The notes beneath the pieces were generated by a model. It ran no database searches. It was not told the origin of the DNA and was given only the letters and a program-made list of their open reading frames with translations. A stretch of 47,822 nucleotides of DNA from Planctomycetota bacterium (GTDB lineage: Bacteria > Planctomycetota > MHYJ01 > JACPRB01), in the NCBI GenBank assembly GCA_016190155.1, contig JACPRB010000064.1:1-47822 (forward strand). Reading direction: 5' to 3'. How positions within the stretch are numbered: position 1 is the stretch's first letter; each line of letters opens with the position of its first letter. Made by a program: the position numbers and the translations under genes. Of the stretch, positions 29,639 through 37,983 are shown piece after piece.

Positions 29639-31507
29639 TCACTTCGGTTGGCCCTCTTTCGTCCACGTCGGCGTCGTCGTCCCTTCCTCGAGCCATCCGT
29701 ACTTCCCCTCCAGGACCCCGCGGGCCAGCGCGGCCTTGCGCGCGTCGTCGTTGCACCACAGCTCCGCGAAGCGCTGGCGCACCCGCCGGCGCGCCGTGCG
29801 GCAGAACACGTCCGCCAGTTCCTCCGCTCCGCGCCACTCCGGATGACCCTCGTCGCGCATCGCCTTGGCGCGCAGCGCGGCGGCCGTCATCGCGTAGAGA
29901 TCCAGCCCGATATCGACGAGGCGGAAGAGGAAGCCCTGTCGATGCTGCAGCCGCCCGCCGTGAACCATCATGCCGTGAAACGTCGCGCGCGCCAGGCGGC
30001 GGCTGTGGCGCGCGGCGAACCGCACGTGCCGCGCCAGCCGGCCGAACTCCGCGTAGCTCGGCCACCAGCCCCACCCGAGCCATCGCGTGGGATACCAGAT
30101 GGCGTAGAAGCCGAACATCTTCGGCAGCGCCAGGAGCTTCTGCATCGCTCCCTTCTTCGGATCGATGAGCGCCCCCGCGACCTCGAGATGCCGGTCCACG
30201 GCCTCGCGCGCCATGAAGAGGTGCATGATCTCGCTGGAGCCTTCGAAGATGCGGTTGATGCGGAAGTCCCGCATCATGCGCTCCAGCCCGATCGGACGGT
30301 CGCCGCGCTCGGCGAGAGACTGCTCCGTCTCGTAGCCGCGCCCGCCGCGGATCTGCATCGCGTCGTCGATGATCTGCCAGCCGGTGAACGAATTGAACTC
30401 CTTCGCGGCGGCGGCCTCCAAGCGGATGTCGTATCCGCCCCGGCCCGCCAGTCGGCTGCCGAGATCCGCCACCGCCTCCATCGCGAAGAGATGCGACGCC
30501 ATGTCCGCGATGCGCGTCGCGATCGCCTCGTGTCTTCCGACGGGGCGGCCCCACTGCACGCGTTCGTTCGCCCAATCCCGCACGATGCGCAAGGCCACCT
30601 TGGCGATGCCCGCGCAGGAGGCCGGCAGCGCCAGCCGTCCCGTGTTGAGCGTGACGAGGGCGATCTTCAAGCCCTGCCCCTCCTGCCCCATCAGGTTTTC
30701 CTTGGGCACGCGCACGTTCTTGAAGCTCATGAGCGCGTTGGCGATCGCCTTGAGGCCCATGAACCGGCAGCGCTTCTCGACCTTCACGCCGGGCCAGCTC
30801 GTCTCGACGATGAAGGCGCTGAGCTTGCGCGAATCCGGATGGCGGGCGATGACGACGATGAGCTCGGCGAACGTGGCGTTGGTGGCCCAGAGCTTCTCGC
30901 CGTTGAGGAGGTAATCTCCCTCGGGCGTGCGCTCGGCCGTCGTCTCCATGCTGGCGGGATCGCTGCCGACGTTCGGCTCGGTGAGGGCGAACGCGGAGAC
31001 GGCGCCCGCGGCCAGCCGCGGGAGGTACTTCTTCTTCTGCTCGTCCGTGCCGAAGATCTTGAGCGGCTGGGGCGCGCCGATGGACTGGTGCGCCGAGAGG
31101 AGCGCCGTGACGTTGGCGTCGTGGCTGCCGAGGAGCTTCATGACCTTGTCGTATTCGGCTTGCGTGAAGCCGAGGCCGCCGTACTCCTTGGGGATCTTCA
31201 TGCCGAAGGCGCCGAGCCGGCGCAGGCCGTCGACGACCTCTTGAGGATATTCGCCCGTGGCGTCGATCTCGGCCGGTCTCACCGCGGTTTCCAGGAACCG
31301 CTTCATCTTGTCGTAGAATTCGCGGAACTCCGGTCTGTCTTCCATCGGCGGGAAGGGATGGATGAGATCGATGCGATAGGAGCCCAGGAAGAGCTCCTTC
31401 AAGAAGGACGGCGAACGCCATTCCTTTTCGCGGGCCGCCTCCGCAACCTCGATGGCCTCGCGTTCACTCGGCTTTGCCGTCGCGACCGGTTTGTTTTCGG
31501 GGCCCAT
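29639..31507 (-). CDS. Long-form acyl-CoA dehydrogenase family protein
   Basis: In ORF track 29639..32095. ATG 31507 ([13 protein letters not shown]...). ACAD N-, middle and C-terminal signatures ([60 protein letters not shown]) plus a C-terminal extension of about 170 aa. Confidence 0.85.
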   Translation of the reverse strand: MGPENKPVATAKPSEREAIEVAEAAREKEWRSPSFLKELFLGSYRIDLIHPFPPMEDRPEFREFYDKMKRFLETAVRPAEIDATGEYPQEVVDGLRRLGAFGMKIPKEYGGLGFTQAEYDKVMKLLGSHDANVTALLSAHQSIGAPQPLKIFGTDEQKKKYLPRLAAGAVSAFALTEPNVGSDPASMETTAERTPEGDYLLNGEKLWATNATFAELIVVIARHPDSRKLSAFIVETSWPGVKVEKRCRFMGLKAIANALMSFKNVRVPKENLMGQEGQGLKIALVTLNTGRLALPASCAGIAKVALRIVRDWANERVQWGRPVGRHEAIATRIADMASHLFAMEAVADLGSRLAGRGGYDIRLEAAAAKEFNSFTGWQIIDDAMQIRGGRGYETEQSLAERGDRPIGLERMMRDFRINRIFEGSSEIMHLFMAREAVDRHLEVAGALIDPKKGAMQKLLALPKMFGFYAIWYPTRWLGWGWWPSYAEFGRLARHVRFAARHSRRLARATFHGMMVHGGRLQHRQGFLFRLVDIGLDLYAMTAAALRAKAMRDEGHPEWRGAEELADVFCRTARRRVRQRFAELWCNDDARKAALARGVLEGKYGWLEEGTTTPTWTKEGQPK

Positions 31508-31551
31508 GCATGCCCTCCGATGCGATGTTCCCCGAATGATAACGCGCCGCG

Positions 31552-33435
31552 TCAATTTTCGAGCGATTTTCTTCGCGCGAGGAGGGCCAGAACGAGGACG
31601 GCCTCCATGCCGAGCAGACCGCACCGTCCGCCGGAGGTTCCTCCCGAATCGCCCGCGGGAGCGGGCGCGGGAGTCGGTCCCGGAGGCGGTGGTGGCGGCA
31701 TCGGCGGGAGCGGCGCGTTCGGCCCGATCTGCGGAGGCGGCGCGCCCGCGGAATCCTTCAGGACCAGCGCGACCACGGAGTACGGCGGAAGGGAATAGGA
31801 GAAGTTCTGCGAGACCGGCACGGACATCGAGGCGATCGAAGCCACCGCGTTTCGCCACGTCGCCGGGTTCTGGACGTCGTAGTCGGGGATCGCGGTGCCG
31901 TTGATCGTCGTCTGGTGCTGGGTGAACGAAGCGGGATTGCTCAGCGACATCGGATTGGCGCTCGTCATCTCGTAGGCGAAGCCGGCGGCGGGCGTGAATC
32001 CGGAGACATCGATGTCGGAGACCGCCGTGTCGCCGGTGAGATTGATCATCATCAGTTTGAGCGAACCCGGCTCGGCCGTATCCTTGCTCGCCCACACCAC
32101 GACTTTCTGCGAGGCGTCGCTGGTCGAGGAGCGCACCATGCGGTCGCCGAAGAACTGCGCGTACAGGAATTCCGTGTAGTAGATGGCCCGGACGTCGAGG
32201 TACCGATTGTCATCGGTGCCGACGAGGCCGCGCGAGTTGCCCAGCCCCGTGCCGCCGTCCTCCAAGCTGTAGTACGTGATCATGTCCAGGCCGTTATAGG
32301 CATAGCGCCCGAGCATGTCGGCCAGCCAGATCGCGGCGATGTGGTTCGAATTGATCGGGTGTTCGTGCATCCACGCGTGGGGGCCGAACTCGGTGATCGC
32401 GGTTTCGAAGACGGGATACGTGGGCCTGAGGTTGGTTCGGATGAAGGACATGATCGCCTCCGCGCACTGGCGGCGGTAGGTGTTCAGATCGGAGCTCATG
32501 TCCGCGGGAACGGTCTCTCCGGGCGCCATGCCGCTGATCGAGACGTTTCCGACGACTTCATTGAAGGCCAGGAGCGCCTCGACGGACCCTCCGTTGTAGG
32601 CCCATCCGGCGGAAGGGTTGCTCGTCCATTCCGTCAGCGGATAGGAGTGCCAGGAAAGGGCGTCGACGGATTGGCCGAGCTGCGCCACGCGATCGAACAC
32701 GGGCTTGAACCAATCCTGCGCGCGATAGGGTTGATGCGGCACCGGCCCCATCACCTTGATCCTGGAGTCGACTTGGCGCATGGACGTCCGGTAGGAGGCG
32801 AACCGATTGCCGTACTCCCGAGGTCCTTGGTCGTAGGGCACTCCGAGATTCTCCGGGACGCTCACCGCTCCGGGCGGCAGTTCCAGTTCATTGCCGAGTT
32901 CCCAGTACTTGAAGGCGTAGTTGTGGTCCTGATTGCAGTAGCGCACGAGATCCGTCCACATGGCGGGGTTGTTGTCGGAGATGTTGCACTGCATCATGGT
33001 CTCCGCGCCCACGTCGGCCGCGAAGGCGGCGTAGCTGTCGATCATCGCGGGTTTGTAGGCGTGGGTGTACTGCTTGCCCGACGCGGGGTCGGTCCATGGG
33101 CCGTCGTCCGGGGCGATGTCGTTCCGATCCCACCCGACGCGGTTGGCCCAGAGGCCGCCCGCGAAGCGAATGATTCCCGGCTTGATGTACTGGGTGAGCT
33201 CGATGAGCGCGTGGCGTTTGGGCGCATTAGGATCGATGAACCCGCCCCAGATCCAGTTCCAGTTGTTCATGGCGACGCCGCGCATCTTCGGATTGAAAGA
33301 ATAGACCTCCTGGGCGGCGTTGATCGTGAAACCGACGGGGATGACCGGAACGGCGGCCGAGGATCGGGATCCCGCGGAGAGCGTGATGAGCAGCAGGATG
33401 ACCGCGCCGAGTACGAGACGAGTCTGGATACTCAC
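31552..33435 (-). CDS. Secreted clan GH-A (TIM-barrel) glycoside hydrolase with beta-sandwich domain and Cys-containing C-terminal sorting signal
   Basis: 627 aa. GTG 33435 is preceded by GGGAGG. Signal peptide present. Acid/base motif [10 protein letters not shown] and nucleophile motif TAITEFG. C-terminus has a Pro-rich linker, then [26 protein letters not shown]. Confidence 0.8.
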   Translation of the reverse strand: MSIQTRLVLGAVILLLITLSAGSRSSAAVPVIPVGFTINAAQEVYSFNPKMRGVAMNNWNWIWGGFIDPNAPKRHALIELTQYIKPGIIRFAGGLWANRVGWDRNDIAPDDGPWTDPASGKQYTHAYKPAMIDSYAAFAADVGAETMMQCNISDNNPAMWTDLVRYCNQDHNYAFKYWELGNELELPPGAVSVPENLGVPYDQGPREYGNRFASYRTSMRQVDSRIKVMGPVPHQPYRAQDWFKPVFDRVAQLGQSVDALSWHSYPLTEWTSNPSAGWAYNGGSVEALLAFNEVVGNVSISGMAPGETVPADMSSDLNTYRRQCAEAIMSFIRTNLRPTYPVFETAITEFGPHAWMHEHPINSNHIAAIWLADMLGRYAYNGLDMITYYSLEDGGTGLGNSRGLVGTDDNRYLDVRAIYYTEFLYAQFFGDRMVRSSTSDASQKVVVWASKDTAEPGSLKLMMINLTGDTAVSDIDVSGFTPAAGFAYEMTSANPMSLSNPASFTQHQTTINGTAIPDYDVQNPATWRNAVASIASMSVPVSQNFSYSLPPYSVVALVLKDSAGAPPPQIGPNAPLPPMPPPPPPGPTPAPAPAGDSGGTSGGRCGLLGMEAVLVLALLARRKSLEN

Positions 33436-33498
33436 CTAGAACCTCCCTTCGGAATCGCCCCTGGTGATCCCGTAATCGGGAGGCGTTCGTTTTGAAGA

Positions 33499-36180
33499 TT
33501 AGCGCCGAAAGTTTCGATTCCAGACGAGCAAGGTCAGAAGAAGGAAGGTTTCGAGGCCGAGCAGCCCGCAACGCCCGCCCTGGGAGGACGCGCCTGTCGT
33601 GCCGCCTCCGCTGGAACCTCCGCCGTTACCGCCGGGAGGCATCGGCGGCAGCGGGGGATTGGGACCGATCGACGGCGGCGGCGCGGCCGCGGAATCCTTC
33701 AAAACCATCGCTACGGCCGAGTACGGAGGCAAGGAGTAGGTGAACGAGGTCGAAACCGAGACGGACTTCGACGCGATCGACGCGACCGCGCCCCGCCACG
33801 ATGCCGGATTCTCGGCGTCGTAATCCGGAATGACGAATCCGTTGATCGTCGTCTCGTGCTCCGAGAAGGATCTGGGGTTGTCCATGGAGAGCGGGTTGGT
33901 GCTGGTCATCTCGTACGCGTATCCGACGGCAGGCGAGAACCCGGCGATCTCGATGCCGGCCACCGCCACATCCCCCGTCAGATTGACCAGCATCAGCTTG
34001 AGCGATCCCGGCTCCGCCGTATCCGCGCTCGCCCAGACGACGACCTTCTGACTGAGGTCGCTCGTGGAGGATCGGACCAGGCGATCGCCGAAGAACTGCG
34101 CGTACAAGAACTCGGTGTAGTAGATCGGGCGGACGTCGATGAACCGAGGCGCTTCGACGCCGACCAAGCCGCGGGAGTTGCCCCTTCCCGTGGTCCCGTC
34201 CTCCAGCGTGTAATACGTGATCATGTCCAGGCCGTTGTACGCGTACCGCGCGAGCATGTCGGCCAGCCAGACAGCGGCGATGTGGTTGGCGTTGATGGGG
34301 TGCTCGTGCAGTACGGCGTGGGTTCCGAATTCCGTGATCGCGGTTTCGAAGGTGGGGTGCGACGGACGCACGACGTTCTTGATGAAACCCAGCGTCGCTT
34401 CGGCGCACTGGCGCCGATAGGTGTTCAGTCCGACGTCGAGGTCCGGCGGCACCGATTGACCGGGATCGACGTTGCCCATTCCGGAGACGCCGATGGTCGT
34501 CGTGCCGACCACTTCGTTGAGAGCGAAGAGCGCCTCCACGGAGCCGCCGTTGTACGGCCATCCCGAGGCGGGATCCGAGGACCACTCGGTGAGCTGGTAT
34601 GTATGCCACGAGAGGGCGTCGACCGATTGGCCGAGCTCCGCAACGCGATCGAAGACCGGTTTGAACCAGTCCTGGGCGCGATAGGGCGCGTGAACGACGG
34701 GGCCCATGATCTTGATGGTGGGGTCGATCTGTCGCATGGCCGGGCGGTAGGCCGCGAAGCGATTTCCGTATTCCCGAGGACCTTCGGCGTAACTCACGCC
34801 GAGATTCGCCCGGACGTTCTCCTCGCCCGGGACCAATTCGAGCTCGTTGCCGAGTTCCCAGTACTTGAAGTTGTAGGCGTGCTCGACGTTGCAATAGCGG
34901 ACCATGTCGGCCCACATGGCGGGGTTGTTGTCGGAGATGTTGCACTGGAGGATCGTCTCCGCCCCGACGGCGGCGGCGAACGCCGCATAGCTGTCGATCA
35001 TCGCGGGCTTGTAGGCGTGCCGGTAGTTGTACGGCTGTCCGGTCGCGGGGTCGGTGGTCGTCCAGTTCCCGTCGTCGGGAGCGATGTTTGTGCGATCCCA
35101 CCCGACGCCGTTGGCCCATAGTCCCCCGGCGAAGCGGATGACGCCGGGTTTGATGTAGCGGGCGAGCTCGATGAGGGCTTGCCGTTTGGGGGCGCTGGGG
35201 TCCGCGATGCCCGCCCAGATCCAGCTCCAGTTGCTCGTGGCCACGCCGCGCATCTTCGAGCTGAAGGGGTAAACGTCCTGGGCGGCGTCGACGCTGAGGG
35301 TGGCCGAACGCAGAGTCGCCGTGAAGGAGGCCGTCGAGCCGGCCGAGATGACGTTGCCGGATCCGTCGCTGACGCCGCTGACGCTCACCGTGTAGGACCT
35401 GCCGTCGACGAAGTCCGTCGCCAGCGCAAGGTCCACGCGAGAACCGTTCGGGAGCAGCGTGGCCGAGGACAGGGGGTGCATTCCCTGGCTGGAGGAGATC
35501 GCGTAATGGGCGATCGTGCCGGCGGATGCGGCGTCGAGCGTCTCGCTGAAAGTCAGCCTCACGACGTTCAGTCCGACGGGTTCGGCCGACACGAGTTGAG
35601 GCGCGGTCGTGTCCGGCAGCTGCACGAGCCTCACGTTGTCGAAGGCGACGTTGTTGTCGTCGTCGTTGAAGGGCGCGCCGGGTCCTCCGCCCGAGAAGGC
35701 GATTCCCGCGAACTGCTGGTCGAGCACGGAGGATCCGAAGTCCGTGAAGGGGATGACGAAACGGATCCACGATCCGGACGGGATGGAGATGGGGACCTCT
35801 TCGTCGGTTCCCGCCCAGGCGGCGGTCGCGAAGCGGACGCGCACGAGGGCGCCCTCGGGGGAGAGGCTTCTGGCGTAGAAATCGATGTGCGTGTAGTCGG
35901 CCGTGTTGAATCCGGCCGGCCTGTGGATCGCCATGAAGTCGCCGCTGCCGCCGTTGATGGGCAGGTTCTTCTGCAGCGAATGGGTTCCGGCGTAGACCGT
36001 GCCTGTGTGGGAGGGATCGGCGGCGGTGCCCCACGAATTCAGCTCGAAGCCGTTCTGAAGGGCGTCTTCGTAGAGGATCAACGGTGGCGGCGCGACCTGT
36101 GCGGCCGCCGGAAAAGTCGCCAGGAACAGAAGGAGCGTCGGACCCAGCGCCGATCGGACGCGCGAATCTCCATTGGTCAT
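33499..36180 (-). CDS. Secreted clan GH-A glycoside hydrolase paralog with N-terminal CBM-like and Ig-like domains and the same C-terminal sorting signal
   Basis: ORF track 33499..36219. ATG 36180 (MTNGDSRVRSALGPTLLLFLATFPAAAQ) is preceded by GGAGG. An extra ~300 aa (CBM-like jelly-roll and an Ig-like TTAPQLVSAEPVGLNVVRLTFSETL module). The catalytic region is roughly 75-80% identical by eye to the downstream paralog ([17 protein letters not shown]). C-terminus [26 protein letters not shown]. Confidence 0.8.
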   Translation of the reverse strand: MTNGDSRVRSALGPTLLLFLATFPAAAQVAPPPLILYEDALQNGFELNSWGTAADPSHTGTVYAGTHSLQKNLPINGGSGDFMAIHRPAGFNTADYTHIDFYARSLSPEGALVRVRFATAAWAGTDEEVPISIPSGSWIRFVIPFTDFGSSVLDQQFAGIAFSGGGPGAPFNDDDNNVAFDNVRLVQLPDTTAPQLVSAEPVGLNVVRLTFSETLDAASAGTIAHYAISSSQGMHPLSSATLLPNGSRVDLALATDFVDGRSYTVSVSGVSDGSGNVISAGSTASFTATLRSATLSVDAAQDVYPFSSKMRGVATSNWSWIWAGIADPSAPKRQALIELARYIKPGVIRFAGGLWANGVGWDRTNIAPDDGNWTTTDPATGQPYNYRHAYKPAMIDSYAAFAAAVGAETILQCNISDNNPAMWADMVRYCNVEHAYNFKYWELGNELELVPGEENVRANLGVSYAEGPREYGNRFAAYRPAMRQIDPTIKIMGPVVHAPYRAQDWFKPVFDRVAELGQSVDALSWHTYQLTEWSSDPASGWPYNGGSVEALFALNEVVGTTTIGVSGMGNVDPGQSVPPDLDVGLNTYRRQCAEATLGFIKNVVRPSHPTFETAITEFGTHAVLHEHPINANHIAAVWLADMLARYAYNGLDMITYYTLEDGTTGRGNSRGLVGVEAPRFIDVRPIYYTEFLYAQFFGDRLVRSSTSDLSQKVVVWASADTAEPGSLKLMLVNLTGDVAVAGIEIAGFSPAVGYAYEMTSTNPLSMDNPRSFSEHETTINGFVIPDYDAENPASWRGAVASIASKSVSVSTSFTYSLPPYSAVAMVLKDSAAAPPPSIGPNPPLPPMPPGGNGGGSSGGGTTGASSQGGRCGLLGLETFLLLTLLVWNRNFRR

Positions 36181-36268
36181 GATCGCCTCCACCTCGAGAT
36201 CTCGCTCCTGCTTCCGCAATCGCAGGGGGGTGGTCTCACGTTTTCCGAGGGGAGGCGTCTCCGCGGCT

Positions 36269-36766
36269 TCAGGCTCGGCTGATCGCGCGATCGACGGAGA
36301 AGGCCCCGCTGCCTCGGATCATGAGGGCGATCGTCATGGCCAGGGCGAGGAGGTGGTACTCGAAGCCTTCGCCGGGTTGGGTCCCGAACCAGTTCATGAA
36401 GAAGCCGTTGGGGGCGTGCACGAGGCCGATGGCGACCAGCATGATGATCGCGACGGCCAAGGCCGACAGGCGGCCGAGGAAGCCGGCGATGAGTCCGACG
36501 GAGGCCAGGAATTCCGTGATGATTTCCAGGAACGCCAGGACCGCTGGGATGCCGAGTTGTTCCTGGAAGGAGGTCATCGTGGCCGAGAATCCGTATCCGC
36601 CGAACCAACCGAAGGCCTTTTGGGCCGCGTGTGGGAACATGACGCCGCCCAGGACGAGGCGCACGGTGAATGCGGCCCAGTCCGGAGGTGTGGCCAGCAG
36701 TCGCCGCCCTATCGCGGTGATCACCCGCGGCGCGGTGGTCCGGCTGGGCGCGAGTTTCTGGATCAT
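36269..36766 (-). CDS. DoxX family membrane protein
   Basis: 165 aa. ATG 36766 is preceded by AGGAG. DoxX-like helices (RLVLGGVMFPHAAQKAFGWFGG, IITEFLASVGLIAGFLGRLSALAVAIIMLVAI). Confidence 0.8.
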   Translation of the reverse strand: MIQKLAPSRTTAPRVITAIGRRLLATPPDWAAFTVRLVLGGVMFPHAAQKAFGWFGGYGFSATMTSFQEQLGIPAVLAFLEIITEFLASVGLIAGFLGRLSALAVAIIMLVAIGLVHAPNGFFMNWFGTQPGEGFEYHLLALAMTIALMIRGSGAFSVDRAISRA

Positions 36767-36845
36767 GCGGAGCTCCTTTGACCGGGATTATTCACGGCTC
36801 AGGCGAGGTCAAAGAGCCGTCGCCTCTGTTCGTGAATGGACACGC

Positions 36846-37103
36846 TTAGCCTTTGCGACGTCGGGGCGGGAGCGGCACTCCTGCGCGGCGGGCCTTGGAG
36901 AGGCCGATCGCGATGGCCTGTTTGGGGCTGCGCGCTCCGTGCTTGCCTCGGCGCACGTGATGGATCTCCTCGTGAACGAATTCCCCCGCCGCCGTGGAGG
37001 GGCGATATCCTTTGCGGATCTTGTGCGTGGCGGCCTTGGCGACTTCACGCTTCGAGCGTCGACCGACGCGGGCGTGTCCCGAGTGCTTGCGTGGGATAGC
37101 CAT
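36846..37103 (-). CDS. Small basic protein, DUF6496-like
   Basis: In ORF track 36846..37232. ATG 37103 is preceded by a strong AGGAGG. 85 aa with AGEFVHEEIHHVRRGKHGARSPKQAIAIGLSKARRAGV, which I recognise as the conserved core of that family. Confidence 0.7.
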   Translation of the reverse strand: MAIPRKHSGHARVGRRSKREVAKAATHKIRKGYRPSTAAGEFVHEEIHHVRRGKHGARSPKQAIAIGLSKARRAGVPLPPRRRKG

Positions 37104-37177
37104 GATTCCTCCTGGCGTGAATGAGGGGCACACCCTTATGGATCCGGTTGCGAGGGGCGTGTTACTAGGCTGGTGGT

Positions 37178-37726
37178 GTGGGACAGAGGAGGTCACCTCG
37201 TCCTGGAATGGGGTCCCTTTCCAGACTGTCAACCCAACATCCGCCGCTCGCCTGGGACCCGGACCTGGACGAGGTGCCGGTCCGGCCGCTCTCGATGATC
37301 ATGTCCGACCCGTGCTTCGCCGTCTTTCGGGGCCGCCGGCGGCGGTTCGTCACCGGGGCGGCTCCTGCCGGCGTGGGCGGCGACCGGGCGGTCAGGGCCC
37401 GCGACTGGCTGGCCTACCAGAACCGGATGAGCGAGGAGCCGCCGTGGGAGCGCGCTGAACGATACCGCCGGCTCATGGGAGAGAAGGGCTACAAGAGCAT
37501 CCGAGAGCTGGCCAGGGCCATCGCCGAGGATCATTCTCGGATCGCCCGAGTGCTCAAGGTCCTCGACCTGCCGGAGGCAGTCCTGACCGAGCTCCGGAAG
37601 CACTCGACCAACGTCCGCGTCCGAGCCCACTTCACCGAGAAACGGCTCCGGCAGATGGTGATGAAGCAGCGCAGCGAGGCGGCAATCTTGCGCGAGATCC
37701 AAAGAGCCCTCCGGCCCGAAGCCTGA
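37178..37726 (+). CDS. ParB/KorB-like helix-turn-helix protein lacking a recognisable intact N-terminal ParB domain
   Basis: 182-aa ORF. The conserved-looking part starts near ATG 37427 (MSEEPPWERAERYRRLMGEKGYKSIRELARAIAEDHSRIARVLKVLDLPEAVLTEL). The upstream part carries only a weak GGDRAVRA remnant resembling the ParB GERRxRA box. It may be truncated or degenerate. Confidence 0.45.
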   Translation: MGQRRSPRPGMGSLSRLSTQHPPLAWDPDLDEVPVRPLSMIMSDPCFAVFRGRRRRFVTGAAPAGVGGDRAVRARDWLAYQNRMSEEPPWERAERYRRLMGEKGYKSIRELARAIAEDHSRIARVLKVLDLPEAVLTELRKHSTNVRVRAHFTEKRLRQMVMKQRSEAAILREIQRALRPEA

Positions 37727-37743
37727 CGGTCTACCCTCCCCTT

Positions 37744-37983
37744 TCACGGCCCCTCTTTTCCTCCTCCATTGCTGGGCGGCACCCCAGATCCTGGCTTGTC
37801 CGCCCCGGTCTCCACCCGGTTGACCTTGAGCGAGTCTCGATCTTGCCTTTGGACGAAGTTGGCAATCAGTTCGGCGACGCTCTCAACGGCGTCCTGGGTC
37901 TCCTTCGGCGTCAGCGTCATGTAGTGCCGCTTGATTTCCAGCGGCGGCCCCGCCTTCCTACCCTTGATCATTGGCTTTTTCAT
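37744..37983 (-). CDS. Hypothetical small protein, possibly ribbon-helix-helix-like, last ORF of the helicase operon
   Basis: ORF track 37744..37998. ATG 37983 (MKKPMIKGRK...) overlaps the nuclease 3' end by 26 nt. KRHYMTLTPKETQDAVESVAELIANF could form a strand-helix unit. Low-complexity tail. There is no SD, so coding status is uncertain. Confidence 0.3.
   Translation of the reverse strand: MKKPMIKGRKAGPPLEIKRHYMTLTPKETQDAVESVAELIANFVQRQDRDSLKVNRVETGADKPGSGVPPSNGGGKEGP

Larger units (their letters stand above)
31552..36180 (-). repeat. Tandem, diverged gene duplication (two GH-A paralogs)
   Basis: Long collinear protein similarity and clearly alignable nucleotide stretches, for example about 33100..33230 against about 35090..35210. 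Confidence 0.8.

Noticed and set aside
33626-36034. Very long alternative-frame and antisense ORFs. Examples: 33626..36034 (802 aa), 29456..31798 (780 aa), 29625..31421, 31915..33495, 33856..35121, 35179..36282, 15726..17420, 14369..15811, 12309..13406, 12364..13302, 8693..10045, 21395..22750, 6175..7275, 6806..7549, 1883..3010, 2133..3353, 4520..5314 and 24444..25415.
   Set aside because: All are Arg/Pro/Gly/Ala-rich with no motifs, as expected for shadow frames in high-G+C DNA. Each is fully overlapped by an ORF in another frame or strand with clear conserved family signatures.
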